Assembly (NCBI GenBank): GCA_964609965.1
Contig: CAZSTS010000001.1
Coordinates: 3,191 to 67,190, forward strand
Source of the DNA: an uncultured Nitrospirales bacterium
Lineage (GTDB): Bacteria; UBA10199; JADGCS01
Direction of reading: 5' to 3'
DNA: 64,000 nt
The position numbers and the translations under genes were made by a program. Below the pieces are notes generated by a model that ran no database searches, was not told the origin of the DNA, and worked only from the letters and a program-made list of their open reading frames with translations. Positions 48,424 to 56,424 of this stretch are shown here, piece after piece. Each line of letters begins with the position of its first letter. Position 1 is the first letter of the stretch.

Positions 48424-49851
48424 ATGTCAGATAAAGTAAATAAAGAAGTCGATGTGACAACAGCAATCATTGCTCCTGATGAAACAAGAGATCTTATATC
48501 ACTCAGACGCTATCAGCTTGTGGTTGTTGCTAAAGATAGTAATCGCCGAAAGTTTGAATTAGGTAAGAAAAAGGTGATTAAGATAGGAAAGAAAACCGAC
48601 AATGATATTGTAATTAACGACAAAACGGTTTCTCGTTATCATTCTGAGATTTATGTTACAGATGATAATACATATCTCTTAAAAGATAAGAATTCTACCA
48701 ATGGAACCACAATCAATTCCATGAAAGTTAAAGAAGCCTATCTTTCACAGGGAGATCTCATTGAAATTGGTGAAACAAAGATCGAGTTTCAAACTTATGA
48801 TGAGTCTGTGCAAATTGAGCCAAGCTCAAATAATTTTTTTGGTGATATGGTGGGAAAAAGTCGAAAAATGAGACAGATTTTTGGTATTTTAGAGAGAGTT
48901 AGTAAAACACAGGCAACTGTTATCATTGAGGGAGAAACAGGCACAGGAAAAGAGTTGGTGGCCAGAGCTATTCACACTAATTCACCACGTAAAGACAAAC
49001 CTTTCATCGTTTTTGATTGTTCGTCTGTGGCACCAAATCTTATCGAGTCTGAGCTTTTTGGACACACTAAAGGGTCGTTTACAGGTGCTCTCAAGGATCG
49101 TTTGGGTGCTTTTGAGGCAGCCAATGGGGGAACCATTTTTCTTGATGAAATTGGTGAGCTCAGCATGGATTTGCAACCAAAATTATTACGTGCGCTTGAG
49201 CAACGTGAAATAAAACGTGTTGGTTCAACAAGAGCCATTAATCTCGATGTTCGTGTAGTCACAGCTACGAATCGAAACCTAAAAGAAGAAGTAAAGGCCA
49301 GTACTTTTAGAGAAGATCTGTATTACCGGCTTTCGGTGGTAAAAATTCAGGTGCCATCTTTACGTGAAAAGCTCGAAGACATTCCATTGCTTGTCGAAAA
49401 AATATTAAGTGTGGCTAGATTTAATCGCAAGGGTGATGGGAGTTTTTATGTGGCACGAATTGAGGACGATGCTTTAAAAATGCTTCAACGTTATCAGTGG
49501 CCAGGCAATGTGCGAGAGCTTACAAATATTCTTGAACGGGCTGTGAGTTTTTCGGAAAATGGCGTGGTCAAGGGAGTCCACCTTCAATACGTGTTTAGTG
49601 AGGTCGAAACAGGTGAGGAAGCCACAGTACGTCTCCAGGGCATTGCCATGGACAGGCCTTTTAAGGAGGCCAAGCAAGCTGTTGTGGAAGAGTTCGAAAA
49701 AGAATATCTCCAAGATCTATTGCAACGTAATAATGGCAATGTGTCTAAGGCAGCTCGCGAAGCCAAGATCGACCGCAAACATCTTCGCAATCTTCTTATC
49801 AAATACGAAATCATCAAGTCTGATGCTGAGTTATTAGAAGATGGGGAGTAA
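48424..49851 (+). CDS. Sigma-54-dependent transcriptional activator with N-terminal FHA domain
   Basis: FHA motif VSRYHSEI...STNGTTIN. AAA+ motifs GETGTGKE, ESELFGH and GAFEAANGGTIFLDEIGEL. C-terminal HTH. Start at ATG 48424 with SD ggtgagg. The ORF-track start is 48412. Confidence 0.88.
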   Translation: MSDKVNKEVDVTTAIIAPDETRDLISLRRYQLVVVAKDSNRRKFELGKKKVIKIGKKTDNDIVINDKTVSRYHSEIYVTDDNTYLLKDKNSTNGTTINSMKVKEAYLSQGDLIEIGETKIEFQTYDESVQIEPSSNNFFGDMVGKSRKMRQIFGILERVSKTQATVIIEGETGTGKELVARAIHTNSPRKDKPFIVFDCSSVAPNLIESELFGHTKGSFTGALKDRLGAFEAANGGTIFLDEIGELSMDLQPKLLRALEQREIKRVGSTRAINLDVRVVTATNRNLKEEVKASTFREDLYYRLSVVKIQVPSLREKLEDIPLLVEKILSVARFNRKGDGSFYVARIEDDALKMLQRYQWPGNVRELTNILERAVSFSENGVVKGVHLQYVFSEVETGEEATVRLQGIAMDRPFKEAKQAVVEEFEKEYLQDLLQRNNGNVSKAAREAKIDRKHLRNLLIKYEIIKSDAELLEDGE

Positions 49852-50065
49852 GAAACTATTCCTGTTAACTATAGCTATTTACTTAATTAAGTGATTAGTG
49901 AAAAGGAATAGTGAAAAGTTCGCAGCCATATCTCTAACAATAACAACAATATAACTCTCCTAAAATAATCACACAACCTATTGATGTCAATGGCGATAAG
50001 ATTTAGAGTAAAACAGATTTAGGCATACAATTTTAATTAAACACATAAGTTCATAGGAGGTTTTT

Positions 50066-50659
50066 ATGGGTATATTTGGGCAAGCTGCCGATGCATTAGC
50101 TCGTGATAAAGTATTATCAGAACAAACATATGGTGTTGTTGGAGAAACCTTACCAGAAAATTACGATGCGCCAATCGAAATCAAACTTGTGGAAAAAAGA
50201 GCGGTCGGCTCTGAATCTACATATGAATTGAGAACGAAAGTGAGAAAGGATGGACAGGTTTATACACAAACAGATGAACTAAATACGGGGACACATGTTT
50301 GGGACAGTTTAAACAGAATCGAAGTTTATCCCATACCTCAGTATCATGGAATTGATTGTATAGAGGCTAATTCAACTTGTTGGCAGGTTTCGGCTGTGTT
50401 TTTAGGTGAATCAGGAAATTATTACCTTCATCAAAATTCATACCAAATTGGTAATCCAATAGATGGCGACAATGTTTTTTGGGCTACATATGGTTCAAGA
50501 GAATTAACACAAACTTCAGAAGATTATGAACTAGCAGAAATGACAACTAACCAAGATGACAATGAGCTTAAGTTAGTTTTCGAACACACTGATGGTGAAT
50601 CAGAACCATCTGTTGAGACAACAATCCTAGATCCTGGTCCTGGATTTGGTCTGTTGTAG
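50066..50659 (+). CDS. Hypothetical protein (197 aa), candidate toxin/effector partner of macro-domain protein
   Basis: Strong SD aggagg 6 nt upstream of the ATG. No recognisable motif. Acidic C-terminus. Confidence 0.6.
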   Translation: MGIFGQAADALARDKVLSEQTYGVVGETLPENYDAPIEIKLVEKRAVGSESTYELRTKVRKDGQVYTQTDELNTGTHVWDSLNRIEVYPIPQYHGIDCIEANSTCWQVSAVFLGESGNYYLHQNSYQIGNPIDGDNVFWATYGSRELTQTSEDYELAEMTTNQDDNELKLVFEHTDGESEPSVETTILDPGPGFGLL

Positions 50660-50743
50660 AATATTCTATTTGAAATTCCTATTCCAATAGTAATAAGTGA
50701 TATCTCAGTATGGGGTATGAATGAATTGCAGTGAGGAGACATC

Positions 50744-51640
50744 ATGAGGATACCAGCAGTTACGGCAGCGTATGAAGCAGCAGGTCAAATTCCAGCAGTA
50801 TTAGCAGCAACATTGGTAACAACTTCGGCCTGGGCAGGTGATGCAGCTTCAAGTGGTTCAGAAGTTGCTAATTCGAATACAGGAGTACTAAAGCTGTTTG
50901 GTGATGTGTGTGAATTAGCAATAACAAATCCTATTCCTACAATCGCCATAGGAGCAGGTGTAGGTATAGCAGTTCTCGGTGGTGTGTATTTTGGAGTTGT
51001 AAAACCAAAGCTTAGAGATGCTCAATCTGCTATTAGAGGAGCAGCGTTTCTTCTTGGCGAAGCAAGAGGATTAGAACAAAAGGCAGGTATAAGGAGAAGC
51101 GAAATGGCAACATCAGGACAAATCGAAGTTATTCAAGGCAACATTACAGAGCAAAGTGTAGATGCTATTGTGAATGCAGCTAATTCTGATTTAGCTGGAG
51201 GTGGCGGTGTTGATGGTGCAATTCATAGTGCAGCTGGATGGGATGAATTACAAGCTTTGTGCAAACCCTTGGGAGGGTGCCCAACAGGTAGTGCCAAAAT
51301 GACAGGGAGTTGTGGGTTGGCTGAAAGAGGTATTAAGCACATCATCCATGCTGTGGGACCAATTTATGGGAGGAATGCTGGCAGGGACGATGAACTTTTA
51401 GCAGGATGTTATCGAGAATCTTTGCGTCTTGCTGAAGAAAGTGGTGACATCGAGTCCATTGCCTTTCCCGCCATTAGTACAGGTGTTTATGGTTTTCCTG
51501 CAGCTCTAGCTGCCAAGATTGCAGCCAGAGAAATCAAAGCCTTTCTTGCAACAAGTCAAAATGTTAAAAGAGTCGTTTTAGTAGGATATAGTTCTGATTC
51601 AACTAGAGTGCTTGCAAAAGGAGTGAGGAAAGCGCGGTGA
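50744..51640 (+). CDS. Macro-domain (MacroD/YmdB-type ADP-ribose hydrolase) protein with 120-aa hydrophobic Gly/Ala-rich N-terminal extension
   Basis: NAANSDLAGGGGVDGAIHSAAG, AFPAISTGVYGFP. An alternative internal start at 51104, with SD aaggag, would give the macro domain alone. Confidence 0.75.
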   Translation: MRIPAVTAAYEAAGQIPAVLAATLVTTSAWAGDAASSGSEVANSNTGVLKLFGDVCELAITNPIPTIAIGAGVGIAVLGGVYFGVVKPKLRDAQSAIRGAAFLLGEARGLEQKAGIRRSEMATSGQIEVIQGNITEQSVDAIVNAANSDLAGGGGVDGAIHSAAGWDELQALCKPLGGCPTGSAKMTGSCGLAERGIKHIIHAVGPIYGRNAGRDDELLAGCYRESLRLAEESGDIESIAFPAISTGVYGFPAALAAKIAAREIKAFLATSQNVKRVVLVGYSSDSTRVLAKGVRKAR

Positions 51641-51654
51641 TTGTCTCATTTTCC

Positions 51655-51800
51655 AATCCCAGTCCCATTTATGAGACTTAAGTGAGACTCATTTGGGACT
51701 GAAATATCAAATCAATAAGATCTAACCTGTTGATATTTTATCTATAAATATATTTAACTCTTTGGCATGGTTGGTGCAATATAGCTCTTAAAGGAGATGT
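51655..51800 (+). repeat. ~150-bp repeated intergenic promoter element, copy 1 (second copy 53293-53443)
   Basis: About 85% identical to copy 2. Begins cccagtcccatttatgagacttaagtgagactcatttgggactg. Confidence 0.8.
51763..51779 (+). promoter_or_regulatory. Sigma-54 -24/-12 promoter candidate TGGCATG-N4-GTGCAA inside repeat copy 1
   Basis: GG (51764-51765) and GC (51776-51777) are exactly 10 nt apart. Confidence 0.5.
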
Positions 51801-51874
51801 ATGCCTTGCTATACTCAACTTTTTCTTTGTTTTTTTTGAGCGAGAAAAGTATAATAAGATATACATATAGATAT

Positions 51875-52135
51875 ATGTATAAACTACTTTTGTCTGAAGT
51901 TGTTAAAAAGCAGTGTAAAAATATTCCGAGAAAAGACTTGGAAAAGATTAAAAACATCGTTTCAGAATTGAGAAAAGAACCACGACCTAGAAAGTGTAAG
52001 AAGCTTAGTGGTGGAAAACAAGAATATAGAATCAGGTATCGTTATTGGAGAATACTATATTCTGTTTATGATAATAATAATAATAATACCATTGTTGTTT
52101 ATGGTGTTTTGTCAAGGAAGGAGGCCTATCGATGA
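51875..52135 (+). CDS. RelE/ParE-family type II toxin (ORF track start 51797; Met at 51875 fits family length)
   Basis: KKLSGGKQEYRIRYRYWRILYSVYD...TIVVYGVLSRKEAY signature. Contains an in-frame (AAT)5 Asn run. Confidence 0.7.
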   Translation: MYKLLLSEVVKKQCKNIPRKDLEKIKNIVSELRKEPRPRKCKKLSGGKQEYRIRYRYWRILYSVYDNNNNNTIVVYGVLSRKEAYR

Positions 52136-52335
52136 AAACTGTGTCCGTAAAACTTGATGATTATGTACTTAGCCTTTTAAATTCAGAAGCAAAAAAACGA
52201 AAAGTAACCCGTATGGAGATCATAAGATCCTCAATAATCAAATTTCTACTTAGTACAAGTGATGCTGAAGATTTGGAATATATCAAAAATCATAAAAATG
52301 ATAAATTAGTGGGTTTTGATAAGGTGTTTAAGTAA
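52132..52335 (+). CDS. Ribbon-helix-helix (CopG-like) antitoxin
   Basis: KTVSVKLDDYVLSLLNSEAKKRKVTRMEIIRSSI. Overlaps the toxin stop as ATGA. Confidence 0.65.
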   Translation: MKTVSVKLDDYVLSLLNSEAKKRKVTRMEIIRSSIIKFLLSTSDAEDLEYIKNHKNDKLVGFDKVFK

Positions 52336-52405
52336 TCGATCCCAAAACCGCAGTCATTCGTTAGCTACTCGTCGAAGCGCTCATGTCGAGGAAGAAAATG
52401 GCGTG
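52336..52405 (+). pseudogene. 3' remnant of a brnA-like antitoxin gene (~90% identical to 54193-54264), interrupted by in-frame TAG
   Basis: atcccaaaaccgcagtcattcgttagct...gtcgaagcgctcatgtcgaggaagaaaatggcgtga aligns with the end of the 54010-54261 gene. Confidence 0.65.
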
Positions 52406-52451
52406 AGGGGGGTATTTGTAATATTCATAAACATAATGTATTAATTACTTA

Positions 52452-53294
52452 GTGAAAAATCTTCATTACACACCACAGTCTCTCATCAAAAAGTTACAAG
52501 AACTTGATAAAGAATTAGACTGGAAAGAGTTATTAAGAAATGGCTATCAGAAATCTGCTGTTTTTGATGCTGATGGGACTTTGTGGAAAGACAATCTTTC
52601 AGCGAGAATGATAGAAGAAGATACAAGGAATCGAAACCTGTCAGAAAAAGGCCTTAATGCTTTAAATCAGCATTTAATCTATTTCAATCTAGAGCCACAA
52701 GAGACGATTTATTTGGCTAAAGCTAAATTGACTGAAGCTTTCTGGAGTGGAGAACTGTATAAAATAGCAAAAGACCTTAAACCATCTTTGAATGAAGATG
52801 AAGTGCATGAGAAAATATGGAATCATTATAACTTGCTCTATGTTGGTTTATCACCACAGGAATTAGAAGAGAAAGCCACACGTTTTTTGGAGCAGGGTTT
52901 TAAAGATAACTTTTATAAAGGCATGGAAGAGGTTATTCGTTATTTAAAAAGAGCTGGATTTAAACTCTACGTTGTAAGTGCTGGAGTACATGAATTCGTG
53001 ACTGCTGGGGCTCGCTTGCTTGGTTTTAACAAGAGTGATGTTCATGGATTGAAATTAAAGGTGGTAGATGGGCTCATCACTTCCGAAACCGAACTTCCTG
53101 TTACGTATAAGGATGGAAAAACTCAAATAGCAACGAAGTTGTGTGGAGGAAAACCTTTTCTTGTCTTTGGTGATTCTGTCTCTGGTACAGATGAAAAAAT
53201 CTTAGAAGAAGCGTATTTTCCTGTGGCAGTTGAGCCTGAGGGTAAAGATCTAAAAATAGCTCAGGAAAAGGGGTATGCAATATTAGGTTTCTAG
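52452..53294 (+). CDS. HAD-superfamily hydrolase (subfamily IB-like)
   Basis: Motif I VFDADGTLW and motif IV GDSVSGTDE. Confidence 0.65.
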   Translation: MKNLHYTPQSLIKKLQELDKELDWKELLRNGYQKSAVFDADGTLWKDNLSARMIEEDTRNRNLSEKGLNALNQHLIYFNLEPQETIYLAKAKLTEAFWSGELYKIAKDLKPSLNEDEVHEKIWNHYNLLYVGLSPQELEEKATRFLEQGFKDNFYKGMEEVIRYLKRAGFKLYVVSAGVHEFVTAGARLLGFNKSDVHGLKLKVVDGLITSETELPVTYKDGKTQIATKLCGGKPFLVFGDSVSGTDEKILEEAYFPVAVEPEGKDLKIAQEKGYAILGF

Positions 53295-53443
53295 TCCCAG
53301 TCCCATTTATGAGACTTAAGTGGGACTCATTTGGGACTGATGTTTCAAGTCAATAAGATCTAACCCATTGATATTTAATCTATAATTAATTTTCACAGAT
53401 TGGCATAGTTGGTGCTTAATCATATCTTAAGAAAGGAGATATT
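53293..53443 (+). repeat. ~150-bp repeated intergenic promoter element, copy 2
   Basis: Same inverted-repeat head and tail as copy 1. Contains the SD aaggagatatt before the ATG at 53444. Confidence 0.8.
53401..53417 (+). promoter_or_regulatory. Sigma-54 -24/-12 promoter candidate TGGCATA-N4-GTGCTT inside repeat copy 2
   Basis: GG (53402-53403) and GC (53414-53415) are 10 nt apart. Lies 27 nt upstream of the ATG at 53444. Confidence 0.5.
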
Positions 53444-53710
53444 ATGAATAAGTATCCATATGAACTCATAAAGTACTCATCTTTTGGTTATTATGCCTTT
53501 GGTGAAAGTGATTTCATCATTACACCTCCACAGTGTTATCTTGATTTAGGAAGTTCAAAAGCAGAAAGACAGGAGCGCTTTCGCCAAATGGTGGATTTGA
53601 TTCTCAAACATGATTTTCCAGATGCCACATATTGGGAAGAGTATGCTTCAGTCAGCAATCCATTCTGGGTATGTGAACGGTATGAAGAAATTGTGGAAAA
53701 GCTAAATTAA
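53444..53710 (+). CDS. Hypothetical small protein (88 aa)
   Basis: Good SD and a sigma-54 candidate promoter upstream. No motif recognised. Confidence 0.55.
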   Translation: MNKYPYELIKYSSFGYYAFGESDFIITPPQCYLDLGSSKAERQERFRQMVDLILKHDFPDATYWEEYASVSNPFWVCERYEEIVEKLN

Positions 53711-53774
53711 TCTAAGTAGATAAAGGATATATTAATAACATTGCAAATGCATATCAATTTAATATATAATAAAT

Positions 53775-54047
53775 ATGTATTCGTGGGATAATAAGAAGAA
53801 TAAGAGTAATATTCAAAAACATGGTATTAGTTTCGAAGAAGCAAGAGATCATATTTTTGAAAAGGATAATATTTTAGTAACTAATGTAGCCTACAACAGA
53901 GGTGAGAAACGTCATGCAGTGATAGGTAGGTACCTAGATAAATACTATGTTGGGATATTTACTTTCAAAAGAAAAACGATTCGAATTATTTCAGTGAGGA
54001 GGGCTCGCTATGAAGAAGAAAAACAAGCAAAAGAAAAAGGACTTTGA
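53775..54047 (+). CDS. BrnT-family (DUF497) type II toxin
   Basis: SWDNKKNKSNIQKHGISFEEA...RIISVRRARYEEEK matches the BrnT signature. Confidence 0.75.
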   Translation: MYSWDNKKNKSNIQKHGISFEEARDHIFEKDNILVTNVAYNRGEKRHAVIGRYLDKYYVGIFTFKRKTIRIISVRRARYEEEKQAKEKGL

Positions 54048-54261
54048 TCAAGAGTTTTCAGACGGAAAAGTGGCTGTTGATTTTACTGCCGGTGTTAAAA
54101 CAAGTGGACTCAGTCGTGTAAAGAAACTCCCTCCTATGACAATTCCTGCCTGGCTAAATGCCGAAATTGAAAAAATATCCAAATTACAAGCCAATCCCAA
54201 AACAGCTGTCATTCGTCAGCTTCTTGTCGAAGCGCTCATGTCGAGGAAGAAGATGGCGTGA
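54010..54261 (+). CDS. BrnA-family RHH antitoxin
   Basis: C-terminal RHH TIPAWLNAEIEKISK...AVIRQLLVEAL. Overlaps the brnT end. Confidence 0.7.
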   Translation: MKKKNKQKKKDFDQEFSDGKVAVDFTAGVKTSGLSRVKKLPPMTIPAWLNAEIEKISKLQANPKTAVIRQLLVEALMSRKKMA

Positions 54262-54270
54262 TGGATGAGA

Positions 54271-56103
54271 TTACCCCAAAATTTCTTCTAACTTCCTATC
54301 AAATTTCTGATTGAGTACATCAAACTCAAGGCTGAGTTTTTCAAAACGATCAAAAGAGATGTCTATTTCATTCATGGCCTCTTTGGCTTCTTTGGAGAGT
54401 CTCACAATCTCATCACCATTCTGTTCTTGAGAAGCTACTTCTAACTCCTTATGGATCGAGGCTTCTTTGGCTTCTAATTCGAATATTTTCTTCTCAAGTG
54501 CCTTTATCTCCCTTTGTCTTGGTTTCATGACCTTGTCTCGCTCTTCCCTAAGACCTGCTTTGAGTTTACGAAGCTCTTTTTTAGGATGCGTTGTTTGTGT
54601 GCTGGAAGGTTTGTTCTCCTCATCTCCCCAGCCCACTTTTTCTAAGAATTCATCATAAGACCCATTAAAAATAGTCACTTCATCGTCTTTGAAGACAATG
54701 ATTTTATTGGCAATGGATTTCAATATCATCTCAGAATGAGTCACCATGAGAAGAGCGCCTTTGTACCCGCTGATAGCCGTAACAAGCGCATCAATAGATT
54801 GCATATCAAGATGGTTGGTGGGTTCATCGAGTAGGAGTAGATTTGTAGGAGCTGCAATAACTTTTCCAAGCATCACGCGGCTTCTTTCACCTCCAGAGAG
54901 AACAGAGATTTTCTTTTCGGCAAACTCCCCACTAAACATCATGCAACCACAAATAGTTCTCACTCCTGTACGATCTAACCCGGGATTAGAGCTTTGAACT
55001 TCTTCTTCGACCGTGCATCGCTCAGAGAGTTCATCGATGTTTGTTTGAGCAAAGTACCCTGTTTTTACAAGCTCATGCTTATGAACACTTCCTTTTTGAG
55101 GACTGAGTTCTCCTGCCAAAAGTTTGATGAGGGTGGATTTGCCTTTTCCGTTTTTGCCCACAATAGCAATTCTATCATCTGGACGTACAGTGAGAGAAAA
55201 ATCTTTTATGAGAGGAGATGCAGGATCATAGCCAAATTGAAGGTCTTCTATCTTCATCAATTGCTTGCTTTGGATTGGCTTGTATTGAAACTTGAAACCT
55301 AGATTGGCAATTTTCGAAAGGACTTCTTTTTGCGAGAGTTTTGCAATCACCTTCATCTTAGATTGAGCGGCCGAGGCCTTGGTAGCCTTTGTTCCAAAGC
55401 GTTCCACAAATCTTTCCAAATGCTTTCTTTGTCGCTCTTCATTCAAACGTGTTTTTTCATAAACCTCTTCATCTTGTTCTATTTGGGCATATATTTTTTG
55501 GGTATTTCCCCTCATCTTTCTTATCTTTGTTCTATGGATACAGGCAGTGTGGGTTGTTACCTGATCCATAAATCCTCTATCATGTGAAATAATAATCAAT
55601 TCATGTTTCCAATTACGCAAAAACTTGATGATCCAGCGGATTGAAATAACATCGAGATAGTTTGTGGGTTCGTCTAGGAGCAAGAGATGGGGGTTGGAAA
55701 TCAAAACTTTAGCAAGGTTTAATCTTACCTGAAAACCGCCTGAGAATGTCTCGGGTGATTTATCCAAATCTTCTTTTGTAAAACCAAGGCCAAAAAGAAT
55801 CTTTTCTACTTTGTAAGTATCATTAATTTCATCTGGCAAAAGTCCAAGACAACCTTCTTCTAGAATAGTCGGTTTTGTAAAATTGAGGAGCTGAGCCACG
55901 TGCCCGATTCGATAGTCTTTTGGAAAGATAATGCTTCCTGAATCAGTAGAGGATTCTTCAAGGATCATTTGAAACAAAGTTGTTTTTCCAGATCCATTTC
56001 GGCCCACGAGTCCAATACGTTCTCCCTGGTGAATTTGTAAGCTAGCCTTATCAAAGAGGATTTGAGGGCCATAGGATTTTGAGATGTTCTCAATCGTCAG
56101 CAT
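54271..56103 (-). CDS. ABC-F family ATPase (two ABC cassettes, no TMD; EttA/Uup-like)
   Basis: Two Walker A sites (GRNGSGKTT, GKNGKGKST), two LSGG signatures and a linker. Confidence 0.88.
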   Translation of the reverse strand: MLTIENISKSYGPQILFDKASLQIHQGERIGLVGRNGSGKTTLFQMILEESSTDSGSIIFPKDYRIGHVAQLLNFTKPTILEEGCLGLLPDEINDTYKVEKILFGLGFTKEDLDKSPETFSGGFQVRLNLAKVLISNPHLLLLDEPTNYLDVISIRWIIKFLRNWKHELIIISHDRGFMDQVTTHTACIHRTKIRKMRGNTQKIYAQIEQDEEVYEKTRLNEERQRKHLERFVERFGTKATKASAAQSKMKVIAKLSQKEVLSKIANLGFKFQYKPIQSKQLMKIEDLQFGYDPASPLIKDFSLTVRPDDRIAIVGKNGKGKSTLIKLLAGELSPQKGSVHKHELVKTGYFAQTNIDELSERCTVEEEVQSSNPGLDRTGVRTICGCMMFSGEFAEKKISVLSGGERSRVMLGKVIAAPTNLLLLDEPTNHLDMQSIDALVTAISGYKGALLMVTHSEMILKSIANKIIVFKDDEVTIFNGSYDEFLEKVGWGDEENKPSSTQTTHPKKELRKLKAGLREERDKVMKPRQREIKALEKKIFELEAKEASIHKELEVASQEQNGDEIVRLSKEAKEAMNEIDISFDRFEKLSLEFDVLNQKFDRKLEEILG

Positions 56104-56394
56104 GAAAGCGTAATATCAAAAATCACCAAAGATTAACACGTTAAAGATTATCAACCCAAAATTTGGGTTTGAATCCACGGGGTTTACCCCGTAAACATAA
56201 AAAATATTCAGATTCAAACCCCGTTGCTTGCTGCGGGGTCATTGATCTGACGCTTAGGAGCACTGAAATCGTGTGTCCGGCAAATATTGCCTATCATTTT
56301 GATAAATAACCAATATTTTCTCATATATTATTCGCTTAACGGCTGAAAAAAATGAATATATTGCGATATATCAAGGGTTTATATTTGAAGGCTA

Positions 56395-56411
56395 TGGCAT
56401 CAATTTTGCAT
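56395..56411 (+). promoter_or_regulatory. Sigma-54 -24/-12 promoter candidate TGGCATC-N4-TTGCAT
   Basis: GG (56396-56397) and GC (56408-56409) are 10 nt apart. The predicted leader to the ATG at 56425 would be very short. Confidence 0.4.
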
Positions 56412-56424
56412 TAGTAAAGTCATT

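Noticed and set aside
50000-54300. Classification of the toxin-antitoxin/macro islet as a classical mobile element (integron, transposon, prophage)
   Set aside because: No integrase, transposase or attC-like sites recognisable, and no terminal inverted repeats bounding the islet. Only internal duplicated segments were found.
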